From NCBI GenBank assembly GCA_037147175.1, contig JBAWVS010000007.1, forward strand, positions 3,509 to 67,508: DNA of 64,000 nucleotides, read 5' to 3'. The DNA is from a bacterium. Its GTDB lineage: Bacteria; Cyanobacteriota; Vampirovibrionia; Gastranaerophilales; UBA9971. Below are positions 25,526 through 35,777 of this stretch, piece after piece (the first letter of the stretch is position 1; each line of letters opens with the position of its first letter). The notes under the pieces were generated by a model, which made no database searches, was not told the DNA's origin, and saw only the letters and a list, made by a program, of their open reading frames with translations. Both the position numbers and the translations under genes were made by a program.

Positions 25526-28075
25526 ATGAAAATAAACAATTTAAACAAAATTCAATTTGTAGCGCCAATTAATTCTGATGACAAAACAACTAAATCTGTT
25601 TTAAATAATAATATTATTTGTAATAACCAGACTTTTGACAGAAAAATGCCAAGCTTGCATAACTTGAAAGCTAACTATCTTGTGAGTTTTGGAGTAGAAC
25701 GATCATTTAATCGACCTGAAGTAGGTTCGAGAAAAAATGAAGAAAAATATTTAAACATACCATTTTATGAAAAAAATGCAAATGATCTGGCAATATTGCT
25801 TGGTCCTGACAAGGATGCAATTTTGACTTATGACGATAAAACTGCTTTACCGGAGTTGTCATTTCATAGATTTGCAAGCAATGTAAAAAACGGCAATTAT
25901 AGAAAACAAGGCTTTCAACCTGATACAAATATAGTAATTTTTAGTCCAACAGACTGGATACGTATAAATAAAGATCCTGAAGTTGCTTTAAGAACTGCAA
26001 TAAACAAACTTCCAGATCCCGAAGCAAAAACTGTTGTCCTTATAAAGGATATGAGAACATATTTAGAATATACAGTTGGAAATAAAGATGCACATTCTCT
26101 TTATTCAGGTAAATTTTTAGGTGATAATGTCCAAATTGTTGGATTGATGGATAATTCTTCCTATCAAGAAATAAAAGAATCAAGTTCAATTAAAAAGGAT
26201 ATTAATTTCCTTAAATTGTTCGGAACAGTGAATTTAAGTGTTCCCGGAGAAACTGAAACAAAAGAAATACTAAAAAAACAGGGCAAAATATTAAATACTA
26301 TTATAAAAAGATACGAACCTACAAAAGTTACTATATCCGATAATGCTATTGATAAAGCTGTTGATTTGTCAGCTCAAAAAATTGGCGGAGAGTTCCCCGG
26401 AAAAGCTTTGAATGTAATAGATTTAGTAATTTCAGCAAAAGTTAATGAAGTGAAACAAAAAAATCCTAATAACCCAATAAGCGTCAATAGTTCAGACGTT
26501 ACAAGATTTTTCGAAAAACATTATGGTATTTTAGAATCACTTGTTGACAAAAATTCTCAATTTAAAAAAGTAGAAATTCCTAAAACAAGATTTTCAGATG
26601 TAGGCGGTGCTTCAGACGTAAAAGAAATTCTTAAAGACGGAATTTTAGCTTATATAAAAAATCCTAAAGAATATTTAAAACACAATACAAAAGCGCCTAA
26701 AGGCACATTATTTTACGGTGGTCCGGGCACAGGAAAGACATTATTAGCAAGAGCACTTGCAGGAGAAGCAGGAGTGCCTTTCTTTAACGCCACAGGCAGT
26801 GATTTCGTAGAAGTATACGTTGGAAAAGGAGCTGCAAGGGTTAGAGAATTGTTCAGAGAAGCCAAAAAAGCTGCTGAAAGTTCTGATAAGAAAACTGCAA
26901 TTATCTTTATAGACGAGATTGACGCTGTTGCAAAAAAACGTGGTAATGGTGAAGGTGGAGGAGCTCAAGAGCATGATAATACATTAAATGCGCTTCTTGC
27001 TGAAATGGACGGATATAATAAAGACTCCAAAACACATGTTATCGTTATTGGTGCTACAAACCGTAAAGATATTCTTGATCCGGCTATTCTGCGTCCGGGA
27101 AGATTTGATGATTCTCTTGAAGTCCCAAATCCGACAAGGAACACAAATAGCAGGCTTGAAATATTAAAAATACATACTAAAAATGCACCGTTTAAAGATG
27201 CAGCTGATAAAGAGAAAATAATAAACGAAGCTGCAATAATATCAGCAGGATTGAGCGGAGCAGAATTAGCTGATATGGTAAGCAAGGCAGCAAAGGTAGC
27301 AACTAAAAGAGAAAATGATAAATTTATTACTCATAATGACTTAATAGAAGGATATCTTCAAGTAAAAGCAGGTCCTATTAAGCATTCGGACGAATCTGAC
27401 TTAATTAAAACTGTAACTGTTGCACATGAATGCGGACATGCAAGCACCGGTATAATTCTTAATCATATACTTAAACAGGATATATCATTTATTACTCAGC
27501 AGGAAAGAGGCAATTTTCTGGGAGCTGTTTTCTATAAACCGGGTAAAGATATGGGTCAGCCAAACTTTGATTCAGTTATTGCTTCTGCTGCAATGAGTTA
27601 TGCAGGCGGCATAGCAGAAAGCAGATTTCAAAGCGGCGGACATGATGCAGGTGTTTCTGGTGACCTCAGTAATGCTACAGAATTAATAGAAAAGGCTGTT
27701 GAAAATTGGGGATTAGGACCTAATGTAGGTTTTACAAAGGTAACTGACAAGAATCGAGATTTATATAAAACTGAAATTAAAGATGATGTTAGGCTATTTA
27801 CAAAAACCGCAGAAAAAATATCTAGATTAATTACTGACTATAACCGAGATTTTATAAGCAAGTATGTAGTCGACTATAAAGCTAATATTGGTAAAGCAGG
27901 GAAAACACTGTCAGGTGAAGAATTTAAGAAACTTCACGATGAATGGCTAAAAAAATCAGGTAAAGATAAAGAAGAGCCGCTATTGCAACAAAAAATCAGT
28001 ATCTTAATAGATTCTGCAAGAAACGGCAAAATACTAACTGATGAAGAATTAGATAACAAAATTAAAAATAAATAA
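25526..28075 (+). CDS. atypical FtsH-family AAA+ metalloprotease: no TM segments, with an N-terminal degenerate Clp-D1-like module
   Basis: AAA: [31 protein letters not shown] and [21 protein letters not shown]41: HECGHA and [17 protein letters not shown]. The N-terminal ~350 aa have no hydrophobic helix and align by eye with the ClpB D1 small domain ([13 protein letters not shown]...[33 protein letters not shown]). Confidence 0.85.
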   Translation: MKINNLNKIQFVAPINSDDKTTKSVLNNNIICNNQTFDRKMPSLHNLKANYLVSFGVERSFNRPEVGSRKNEEKYLNIPFYEKNANDLAILLGPDKDAILTYDDKTALPELSFHRFASNVKNGNYRKQGFQPDTNIVIFSPTDWIRINKDPEVALRTAINKLPDPEAKTVVLIKDMRTYLEYTVGNKDAHSLYSGKFLGDNVQIVGLMDNSSYQEIKESSSIKKDINFLKLFGTVNLSVPGETETKEILKKQGKILNTIIKRYEPTKVTISDNAIDKAVDLSAQKIGGEFPGKALNVIDLVISAKVNEVKQKNPNNPISVNSSDVTRFFEKHYGILESLVDKNSQFKKVEIPKTRFSDVGGASDVKEILKDGILAYIKNPKEYLKHNTKAPKGTLFYGGPGTGKTLLARALAGEAGVPFFNATGSDFVEVYVGKGAARVRELFREAKKAAESSDKKTAIIFIDEIDAVAKKRGNGEGGGAQEHDNTLNALLAEMDGYNKDSKTHVIVIGATNRKDILDPAILRPGRFDDSLEVPNPTRNTNSRLEILKIHTKNAPFKDAADKEKIINEAAIISAGLSGAELADMVSKAAKVATKRENDKFITHNDLIEGYLQVKAGPIKHSDESDLIKTVTVAHECGHASTGIILNHILKQDISFITQQERGNFLGAVFYKPGKDMGQPNFDSVIASAAMSYAGGIAESRFQSGGHDAGVSGDLSNATELIEKAVENWGLGPNVGFTKVTDKNRDLYKTEIKDDVRLFTKTAEKISRLITDYNRDFISKYVVDYKANIGKAGKTLSGEEFKKLHDEWLKKSGKDKEEPLLQQKISILIDSARNGKILTDEELDNKIKNK

Positions 28076-28083
28076 TAAAAAAA

Positions 28084-28120
28084 GCGGGTAATTGATTTCA
28101 GTCATTACCCGCTTTTAGTT
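28084..28120. terminator. bidirectional rho-independent terminator between convergent genes
   Basis: A-run, stem GCGGGTAAT (28084-28092), stem ATTACCCGC (28104-28112), then TTTTAGTTTT. Confidence 0.8.
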
Positions 28121-29038
28121 TTAATCAAATTTTAATTTAAAAACATCAATTTGCTTATCGTTCATTAAATAAATCCCTCTTGAATAAAGCTTTATATTAT
28201 TATTTTCCGATAAGGTAAGCCTGTTTTGCAAAAGTTCGCTTACAAGAATGTCTCTCGGATTGCAAAGATTCAGGATTTTAGAAGTTATTTCAATATCCAC
28301 AGAAGTGCTTGCATCACTGAAACTGCAATGACAGGCGATTTTGTAGTCAAATTTTATATTTAAATCTTGCATACCTTTATTAACTTCTTCAACACGTTCT
28401 TTGAAAAAAAGTAAAAATGCTATGAATTTATTTATATCTGTAAATATATAACTGTTAAGATTATTTATTCCGCCGACATTTCCATAAGTTTTGCCTGAAT
28501 ACTTTTTATAAGCATTTAGCAGTGAATTTTCATAAGCTTCAACGAGACCGCTAGAGAAAAAATCAGAATCTTCTTTTTTTATAAGATATGAGTCTGTTGG
28601 TTGGTTTCTAACTAATTTTAATATTACATAAACAGTATTGTTTTTTTGTATTTCATTTATAAAATTTTGTTTTTCTTCCTGTTTTTTTCTTAGCTTCTCT
28701 TTTTCTTTTAATTTTAATTTCATTTTATCTACAATTCGATCAACAAAGTTTAAAATATGTCCGATTAAAGTAAACATAAACGCTATGACTAAAACAACTC
28801 CTGCGAAAAATAATATAGTGTAATTAATAGTAAAATTATTATCATACGTGACACTATATTGAATATAACTTCTAAATGGAGCTACAAGAGGATCTATATA
28901 TTCACTTAAAATAGCTACAAAAGGCTTAACAATATCGAGATTAACAAGTGTTAATGTCCAATATAAAATAACAACAGGAATTAAAATAAATAAAATTCCT
29001 TCAATTAACTTAAATAAACCTTTAATAAATTTAATCAA
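28121..29038 (-). CDS. hypothetical membrane protein (YggT-like N-terminal TM region, unknown cytoplasmic domain)
   Basis: Three hydrophobic helices in the first ~100 aa, a charged coiled segment (KLKLKEKEKLRKKQEEKQ), then an unrecognised ~170-aa domain. Confidence 0.55.
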   Translation of the reverse strand: MIKFIKGLFKLIEGILFILIPVVILYWTLTLVNLDIVKPFVAILSEYIDPLVAPFRSYIQYSVTYDNNFTINYTILFFAGVVLVIAFMFTLIGHILNFVDRIVDKMKLKLKEKEKLRKKQEEKQNFINEIQKNNTVYVILKLVRNQPTDSYLIKKEDSDFFSSGLVEAYENSLLNAYKKYSGKTYGNVGGINNLNSYIFTDINKFIAFLLFFKERVEEVNKGMQDLNIKFDYKIACHCSFSDASTSVDIEITSKILNLCNPRDILVSELLQNRLTLSENNNIKLYSRGIYLMNDKQIDVFKLKFD

Positions 29039-29102
29039 TATCTAACCCCAGCTATAGATGACATAATATTCAGTTTAACAATTTTTTTAATAAATGTATA
29101 GA

Positions 29103-29990
29103 TTAAATTAATAAATTATCAATTAATCTTACTGTTCCTACTTTTGCGGCTATAGCAACAAGGGTATTTGTTTTCAATAAATCAATCGATTTTAGGTTAT
29201 TTGCATCTAAAATTTCAAAATATTCAAGTTCTGCCTCAGAACTAAGAAATTGTAAAGCATTATTAATAACCTCTTTTCTTGAAGTTATTCCTGCCTTGTA
29301 ATCATCTTGAACTTTTCTTAAAACTTTCGACAAAGTAAGAGCTGTTATTCTCTCACTATCAGACAAATAAGCATTTCTTGAGCTGCATGCTAGACCATCA
29401 GTGTCTCTAATTATAGGACAACCAATAATTTCAATCGGAATATTTAAATCTCTGACAATTTTTTTGATAATTATGAGCTGTTGAGCGTCTTTTTGTCCGA
29501 AATAAGCTTTGTCAGACTGAACAATGTTAAAAAGTTTTAGAACTATAGTTGTTACACCGTCAAAATGCCCTATTCTTGATTTTCCGCATAATTTGTCCTG
29601 ATAAGAAGAAGGCGAAACAACTTTTGTTAAATCTTTCATTTCAAAATCGGCTTCAGGATAAATTTCTTGGGGTGTCGGTGCAAAAATAAAATCCACATTA
29701 TTTTTTGAACATAATTTTTTGTCAGCTTCAATTTGTCTTGGGTATTTGTCGTAATCTTCGTTAGGACCAAACTGAATAGGATTAACAAAAATACTGACAA
29801 CAACCCTGTCGCATTGCTCGCGCGCTTTTTTTATAAGGCTTTCATGCCCGATATGAAGAGCACCCATCGTTGGAACAAAGCCTATTACAAGATTTTGGCT
29901 TTTCCACTCTTTTATAATTTCTCTTAAACTATTAATTTCTGTTAGTATTTCAGTTGATGTTTTCAAGTTTATCTCTTTCTTTTTTATCAA
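29103..29990 (-). CDS. panC: pantoate--beta-alanine ligase
   Basis: GFVPTMGALHIGHESLI and FGQKDAQQL. Confidence 0.95.
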   Translation of the reverse strand: MIKKKEINLKTSTEILTEINSLREIIKEWKSQNLVIGFVPTMGALHIGHESLIKKAREQCDRVVVSIFVNPIQFGPNEDYDKYPRQIEADKKLCSKNNVDFIFAPTPQEIYPEADFEMKDLTKVVSPSSYQDKLCGKSRIGHFDGVTTIVLKLFNIVQSDKAYFGQKDAQQLIIIKKIVRDLNIPIEIIGCPIIRDTDGLACSSRNAYLSDSERITALTLSKVLRKVQDDYKAGITSRKEVINNALQFLSSEAELEYFEILDANNLKSIDLLKTNTLVAIAAKVGTVRLIDNLLI

Positions 29991-30801
29991 GGCTGAAAAC
30001 TTCCTGTTCTGAGGGGAATTTTTCAGAAATTACATCTTCTATATATGAAGAAACAGCTTTTTTTGTTATTTCGCAAATATTAGCATATTTTCTGGCAAAT
30101 TTTGGAGTAAAGTCTTGATATTTGCCCAAAATATCGTCTATTACAAGAATTTGACCCGAACAATATTTGCCTGCTCCAATCCCGATTGTTGGGATAGAAA
30201 GTTTTTCTGTTATATACTTTGCAGATTCTTCAGGAACCATTTCCAGCACTAATCCGAAAGCTCCTGCTTTTTCTATTTCTTTTGCCTGCTCGAGTATCTT
30301 TTTTGTTGCTTCAAAATTTTTTCCCTGAACCTTAAACCCGCCCAGTGTCTGCAAAAATTGCGGTGTAAAGCCCAGATGTGCCAGTACCGGAATGCCGGCT
30401 TCGACAGATTTTTTTATACAATTAATTATATGCTCGGATCCGCCTTCATATTTTACTGCATTAGCCCCTGCTTCTTTAATAAAACGTCCTGCATTAAATA
30501 AAGCTGTCTTTTCATCAACTTGATAACTCATAAAAGGCATATCAGCAACAACCATTGAAGTTTTTACTGCTCTTGTAACAGCTTTTGTGTGGTGCAGCAT
30601 CTCTTCCATCGTTATCGATAGAGTATTCGGATGCCCTAATGCAACCATCGCAAGAGAATCCCCAACAAGTACAATATCTATTCCGATTTCATCCAGTGCT
30701 TTTGCTGTAGAGTAGTCATAAGCAGTTAATGCAGTGATTTTTCTGCCTGATTTCTTGTATTTCAATAATTTATTTACTGTAACAGGTTTTATATCAGTCA
30801 T
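29950..30801 (-). CDS. panB: 3-methyl-2-oxobutanoate hydroxymethyltransferase
   Basis: LTAYDYSTAK, VGDSLAMV and ADMPFMSY. Overlaps panC by 41 nt. Confidence 0.95.
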   Translation of the reverse strand: MTDIKPVTVNKLLKYKKSGRKITALTAYDYSTAKALDEIGIDIVLVGDSLAMVALGHPNTLSITMEEMLHHTKAVTRAVKTSMVVADMPFMSYQVDEKTALFNAGRFIKEAGANAVKYEGGSEHIINCIKKSVEAGIPVLAHLGFTPQFLQTLGGFKVQGKNFEATKKILEQAKEIEKAGAFGLVLEMVPEESAKYITEKLSIPTIGIGAGKYCSGQILVIDDILGKYQDFTPKFARKYANICEITKKAVSSYIEDVISEKFPSEQEVFSLDKKERDKLENIN

Positions 30802-30812
30802 ATTGCCAAACT

Positions 30813-32153
30813 CTAGTCATTTTGCTCTTCATAGTATTCACAAGTTTCATCGGCAGAATTTTTATCAGACCCTTTATACCAACTGTAAATTATTTTTGTA
30901 ATTCTTTGCGCACTGTGGCGAACATAACCTTCTTTATTTTCTTCTGTTAATCGTCTGATTAATACTTTTAGTCCGAGATCTTTAACTTTATCTAAATCAT
31001 ATTGAACAGGAAATGAGTTTGCTACTTTGTACTTATTTGCCAGATTTTCAGGCAAAGTGTCATTTATGAGCACAGTATCAATAATATTTTCGTGTTTTGA
31101 GTGATCAAGAATTGCTTTTACATGATCATACACGCTATATCCGTCTGTTTCACCGGGTTGGGTCATTATATTACATATATATATTTTCTTGGCAGTCGAT
31201 CTTGAGACGGCTTCGGTTATTTCAGAGATTAAAAGATTAGGGATTACACTTGTATAAAGGCTGCCCGGCCCCATTATAATAATGTCAGCTTCTTCTATAG
31301 CATAAATTACATCATCTAGAGCTTTTAAGTTTTCCGGCGTAGCTCCTAACCTTTTTATTTTTCCTCCTGCATCAGGAATATTTGATTCCCCGTAGACTAT
31401 GCGTCCATCTTCCAATTCCGCATAAAGCTTCATATCATCCAGAGTAGAAGGCAGTACTCGTCCTCTTATCGCAAGAACTTTTGAAGATTCTTTGACGGCA
31501 GAAACCATATCGCCGGTAATTGCACACAAAGCAGTCAGAAAAAGATTTCCGAAGCTATGTCCTTCTAAGCCATGACCGTTTACAAATCTATATTGAAACA
31601 ACTCTGTAACGAGATTTTCTTCATTAGCAAGAGCCGCAATGCAGTTTCTTATATCACCGGGAGGCAAAACGCCCATTTCTTCTCGTAATCTGCCAGAACT
31701 TCCACCGTCATCACCGACAGTAACAACGGCTGTTAAGTTTCCTGTTATATGTTTTAAGCCTTTTAGTATAGTATTTAGCCCTGTACCGCCGCCTATTGTG
31801 ACAATTTTTGGTCCTCTATTAAGTTTTCTTTTGAGATAAAGATTTTGAAGAAGATGCGCACTGGGGTCTATAGCGTTTATTATCGTGTTGTTTACTCTTT
31901 TCCATCCCAAAATATAGATCATAAGACCGATTAAAATAGCAAAACCACCGGTATAGTTTGTTGGAAGTTGTATTGCTATTGTTTTAATAAATTCCATAAA
32001 CTGATGAATAGGGTGCAGGTCAAGCAAAATTGCTATCCCTATAATAAGAAAAACTGTTCCGCTAAACATTAAAAACAGCCATCTCTTTATCTCAAGTCCC
32101 GGTAAAAACCAGGCTAAAAAATCGGGTTTGTCGTTTCTCATTTTATAACTCAA
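30813..32153 (-). CDS. YvcK/CofD-like (UPF0052) gluconeogenesis-factor family protein with an N-terminal TM region
   Basis: KIVTIGGGTGLNTILKGLK...VVTVGDDGGSSGRLREEMGVLPPGDIRNCIAALA. Confidence 0.85.
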   Translation of the reverse strand: MSYKMRNDKPDFLAWFLPGLEIKRWLFLMFSGTVFLIIGIAILLDLHPIHQFMEFIKTIAIQLPTNYTGGFAILIGLMIYILGWKRVNNTIINAIDPSAHLLQNLYLKRKLNRGPKIVTIGGGTGLNTILKGLKHITGNLTAVVTVGDDGGSSGRLREEMGVLPPGDIRNCIAALANEENLVTELFQYRFVNGHGLEGHSFGNLFLTALCAITGDMVSAVKESSKVLAIRGRVLPSTLDDMKLYAELEDGRIVYGESNIPDAGGKIKRLGATPENLKALDDVIYAIEEADIIIMGPGSLYTSVIPNLLISEITEAVSRSTAKKIYICNIMTQPGETDGYSVYDHVKAILDHSKHENIIDTVLINDTLPENLANKYKVANSFPVQYDLDKVKDLGLKVLIRRLTEENKEGYVRHSAQRITKIIYSWYKGSDKNSADETCEYYEEQND

Positions 32154-32384
32154 TTCTGAATATCATATATTTTATCTTTAAAATAATGATTACCTACGAA
32201 TTATCTTACATTTTTCTGATTAAATCAGCACATATATACATAATAGTTACATATTGAAATAAAAAAACTAGCTTAATATATCTTAATAAATTCCTTTTTA
32301 AAAAGCAATTATTTTAGATATATTGTTTTTATATATATATAAGATAATAAAATAATATTTGTTATATAAAATTAAGGAGAACAA

Positions 32385-33866
32385 ATGAGCATTCAGAACC
32401 TTTACAATTCAAACTACCTTAACAATTCCGGCTCTTATCAAAGTTATGCTTATGCGCAGGCAGGAATGTTTGGTTTTCAACAACAATCCACTGTTTTTGG
32501 AAATTGTCTACCTCAGCAAGCACAACAAGGCAGACATCCACATCATCAACGTCATCAGCATCCTCATCACCCTCAACAGCAAGCTAATAATGCAAACCAA
32601 AATATGTCTTCACCTCTTAATTCACTATTACCAATGTTACTTAGCTTATTAGGAAATAATCAAAACTGCCAAAGACCAGGTTATCCTCAAGGTTATCCTC
32701 AACAATATGCCAACCAAGGTGGCAACCAAAATTCATTATTAAGCGGATTAGCTTCATTATTTAGCGGACTTGGCTCAACTCAACAAGGTTATTCCCCATA
32801 TCAAGCCAACTATGGCAATGCAAATAACGGATTTGGCGGATTTGGCGGATTCAACCCAACACAATCATATTCGCCTCTCCAAGGTAATTTCGGTTTTGCA
32901 AATAATGGATGCGGTAATACAAATAACGGATTTGGCTCTGCATTCAACGGATTTGGCGGAACACAAGGCTTTCAAGGTGATTTCAGTAATTCAAGTTTTG
33001 GATTAGCTTTATTATACGGAGAATTTAATTCATCACAACAAAATTATCCAACATTTCAAGGTAATTACGGAAATATAAGTAATCATCATAATGCTTGCTC
33101 AAACAGCTATACAGAAAATGCATGGCCTCCAATTACACAACAAAACGATTACGCAGAATCTAACCAAGAAGCAACCATACCTCCTATGTGTTCACATCAT
33201 GATGCCGTAGGATGCAGACCTACAGATATTGAAACAAATATCAGCGATACATCTGTCTGGGGCGATCCTCACTATCAAGCAAAAGGTTCCGACGGTACTA
33301 CTGACATTAACTTTACTCATAACGGTACTACAGGCGATACATATAACGTATTTCAAGGCGACGGATATGAAGTAGACGGAAAATACGGATTAGCCGGCAA
33401 TGACGTAAACAAAATATTAGACGCAAATATTAAAGACGGCAATGATTTGATTAATTACAATGTAAATGGAGAAACATCAATCAACGGAAAAAAATTAAAT
33501 GATGGAGAAACAATAACACTGGCAGACGGAACAAAAATTAGCCAAAAAGGTACAAATATGACAATGGATACCAAAGATGGTAATTCTTCAATAGGTTTCA
33601 GAAATAATGATGGTATCTGCCTTGATCCTACAGGAAAATTCACCAACATCGGCGGTATACTCGGAACAGCAATAGCTCAAAATAAAAATCTAACAGAAGA
33701 AGAAGCAAATAAATTCGATATTACAAACACCAAAACAGCTGCTTCAGACGCAAAAACAACTGCTGCCGATACAAAAGCAACCGCTGCTGATACAAAAGCT
33801 GCCAAGAAAAAAGAAACTACAAAAAAAGAAACTACAAAAAAGGACACAGCTACCACAAAAGCTTAA
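32385..33866 (+). CDS. low-complexity Q/N/G/H- and FG-rich protein with a C-terminal GDPH-motif domain (MIIA/DUF1521-like) and a K/T/A-repeat tail
   Basis: Contains RHPHHQRHQHPHHPQQQ and many FG dipeptides (GFGGFGGFN, NGFGSAFNGFGG). Then ..SVWGDPHYQAKGSDGTTDINFTHNGTTGDTYNVFQGDG.. The tail is AADTKATAADTKAAKKKETTKKETTKKD. Confidence 0.7.
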   Translation: MSIQNLYNSNYLNNSGSYQSYAYAQAGMFGFQQQSTVFGNCLPQQAQQGRHPHHQRHQHPHHPQQQANNANQNMSSPLNSLLPMLLSLLGNNQNCQRPGYPQGYPQQYANQGGNQNSLLSGLASLFSGLGSTQQGYSPYQANYGNANNGFGGFGGFNPTQSYSPLQGNFGFANNGCGNTNNGFGSAFNGFGGTQGFQGDFSNSSFGLALLYGEFNSSQQNYPTFQGNYGNISNHHNACSNSYTENAWPPITQQNDYAESNQEATIPPMCSHHDAVGCRPTDIETNISDTSVWGDPHYQAKGSDGTTDINFTHNGTTGDTYNVFQGDGYEVDGKYGLAGNDVNKILDANIKDGNDLINYNVNGETSINGKKLNDGETITLADGTKISQKGTNMTMDTKDGNSSIGFRNNDGICLDPTGKFTNIGGILGTAIAQNKNLTEEEANKFDITNTKTAASDAKTTAADTKATAADTKAAKKKETTKKETTKKDTATTKA

Positions 33867-33877
33867 CAAATAAGATT

Positions 33878-34492
33878 TTATAAATAATTTTCTAAAATCT
33901 TAATCACATCAATATAGACATTTTCAATTTCCTGATTTGCGTCAATTACCTTGATTCTGTCAGGAAATTGTTTTGCTAATTCAAGAAATCCGAACCTTAC
34001 TTTCTGATGAAACTCTTTTGCTTCTGACTCAAGTCTGTCTTTTGTTGTACCGACACGAGTTTGAGCAACATCTGTACTTACATCAAAAACAAATGTTAAA
34101 TCAGGCAAATATGACTTAGTGACTATATTATTCAACATTATTATTTCTTCTATATCCAAACCCCTTGCATAACCTTGATATGCAACAGAAGAATCTATGT
34201 ATCTGTCACATAAAACGACTTTGCCTTCATTAAGTGCAGGGATGATTTTTTGATCCACATGCTGCGCTCTGTCAGCTAAATATAGAAATAATTCGCATTT
34301 ATCAGCAATTTTACCTTCGTGATGAAGTAAAATCTCTCTTATCTTTACACCAAGAGGTGTGCCGCCAGGATCTCTCGTTGAAACAACTTCATAACCTTTT
34401 TTTTGAAGAAAATCGGCAGTCATTTTAAGTTGAGTTGACTTTCCTGAGCCGTCCGCCCCTTCGAAAGTTATAAATAATCCTTTTTTAATCAC
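33878..34492 (-). CDS. tmk: thymidylate kinase
   Basis: FITFEGADGSGKSTQ and DRY..SS.AYQG. Confidence 0.95.
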   Translation of the reverse strand: MIKKGLFITFEGADGSGKSTQLKMTADFLQKKGYEVVSTRDPGGTPLGVKIREILLHHEGKIADKCELFLYLADRAQHVDQKIIPALNEGKVVLCDRYIDSSVAYQGYARGLDIEEIIMLNNIVTKSYLPDLTFVFDVSTDVAQTRVGTTKDRLESEAKEFHQKVRFGFLELAKQFPDRIKVIDANQEIENVYIDVIKILENYL

Positions 34493-34708
34493 TCATTTAT
34501 TCCTTTTCATATCATATATTTAATCATAATTGATAAAGGTTTATTGTCTACACTTAAAAAGATTGCTTTAGCAATAATTGTCTAACTAACAAAGTAATAT
34601 ACAAATTAGACAATTCCATTTTTTGAGATAAAATTAATGATATATCTGGACATTGCTGTTTGAAGCAGGCTGGTTCAGGAGGACAAAGAAAAATGGAGAA
34701 ACGGGAAA

Positions 34709-35296
34709 TTGGCTAATTTTATTTCAATATTAAGAACAATTCTGGCATTTGTGGTTATAGCAATGCTTTTTATTAAAGGTGATAAAGTTTATTGGTCTGC
34801 TTTCGGATTAACTATTATTGTAATCTGGATGGACGGACTTGACGGATATATTGCCAGAAAATTCAATGAATGTTCAAAATTTGGAGCGCTTCTGGACATA
34901 TTAAGCGACAGAATTGTTGAAAATGTTTTCTGGATATCCTTTGCTGTATTAGGATGGATTGGCTTATGGATTCCTCTAGTGGTCATGACAAGAGGAATTA
35001 TCACAGACAGCTTGAGAAGTCTTGCCCTTGAACAGGGATATACGGCTTTTGGCTCAACCACAATGATGACAAACAAAATCGGAAAGTTTATTGTAGCTTC
35101 AAATTTTTGCAGATTTACGTATGCTGTTTGCAAAGCCGTTGCATTTGCTCTTTTGATTGCTGCTCACGTGCCTGCTGATTACCCTTATAAGTCAGTTGTA
35201 AGTCTTATTGCTTATGCAAGTGTTTATATTTCGGTGTTCTTTTGCGTTGCTAGAGGAATCCCCGTAATTATTGAAAGTAAAAGATTTTTAAAATAA
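34709..35296 (+). CDS. CDP-alcohol phosphatidyltransferase family protein
   Basis: TTG start. DGLDGYIARK....GALLDILSDR is the D-G-x2-A-R-x8-G-x3-D-x3-D motif. Confidence 0.8.
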   Translation: MANFISILRTILAFVVIAMLFIKGDKVYWSAFGLTIIVIWMDGLDGYIARKFNECSKFGALLDILSDRIVENVFWISFAVLGWIGLWIPLVVMTRGIITDSLRSLALEQGYTAFGSTTMMTNKIGKFIVASNFCRFTYAVCKAVAFALLIAAHVPADYPYKSVVSLIAYASVYISVFFCVARGIPVIIESKRFLK

Positions 35297-35298
35297 CA

Positions 35299-35760
35299 AT
35301 GAATAAAAACGCTTTTAATATTGTTTTATATGAACCTCAAATTCCGCAAAACACTGGAAATATTGCAAGACTGTGTGCATGTACGGGAAGTTCTCTTTTT
35401 TTAGTCGGCAAATTGGGTTTTCATATAACTGACAGGCATGTTAAAAGAGCAGGTCTTGATTATTGGGACTCTGTAGACATCAATACAGTTTCAACACTTG
35501 CTGAATTGCAGGAAAATTTCCCAGATAATAATTTTTATTTTTTAAGTACGAAAGCCTCCAAAAAATATACCGAAATATCCTATAAAAAAGGAGATTTTTT
35601 AGTTTTTGGCAGTGAAACTAAAGGATTGCCCGAAGAAATTGTTTTCAACAACATAGATAACAGTCTGACAATACCTATGATAGATAACCAGAGAAGTCTT
35701 AATCTCTCAAATTCTGTTTCTATAGTAGTTTATGAAGCTTTAAGACAAATTAATTTCTAA
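35299..35760 (+). CDS. trmL: tRNA (cytidine/uridine-34 2'-O)-methyltransferase, SpoU/TrmL type
   Basis: IVLYEPQIPQNTGNIARLCACTG..L, KRAGLDYW, and C-terminal LNLSNSVSIVVYEALRQ. Confidence 0.85.
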   Translation: MNKNAFNIVLYEPQIPQNTGNIARLCACTGSSLFLVGKLGFHITDRHVKRAGLDYWDSVDINTVSTLAELQENFPDNNFYFLSTKASKKYTEISYKKGDFLVFGSETKGLPEEIVFNNIDNSLTIPMIDNQRSLNLSNSVSIVVYEALRQINF

Positions 35761-35777
35761 ATCAGGAAAAAATTAAC

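Noticed and set aside
28121-29038. Impression that the C-terminal domain of this membrane protein resembles a degenerate class III nucleotidyl-cyclase fold.
   Set aside because: The resemblance is loose, the metal-binding Asp residues are not evident, and I cannot verify it without a profile or structure search.
32446-33006. Alternative-frame ORFs (32446..32652 and 32770..33006) within the Q/N-rich gene.
   Set aside because: They are out-of-frame products of low-complexity repeats. The long 493-aa frame has an SD (AAGGAGAA) and a structured C-terminal domain.
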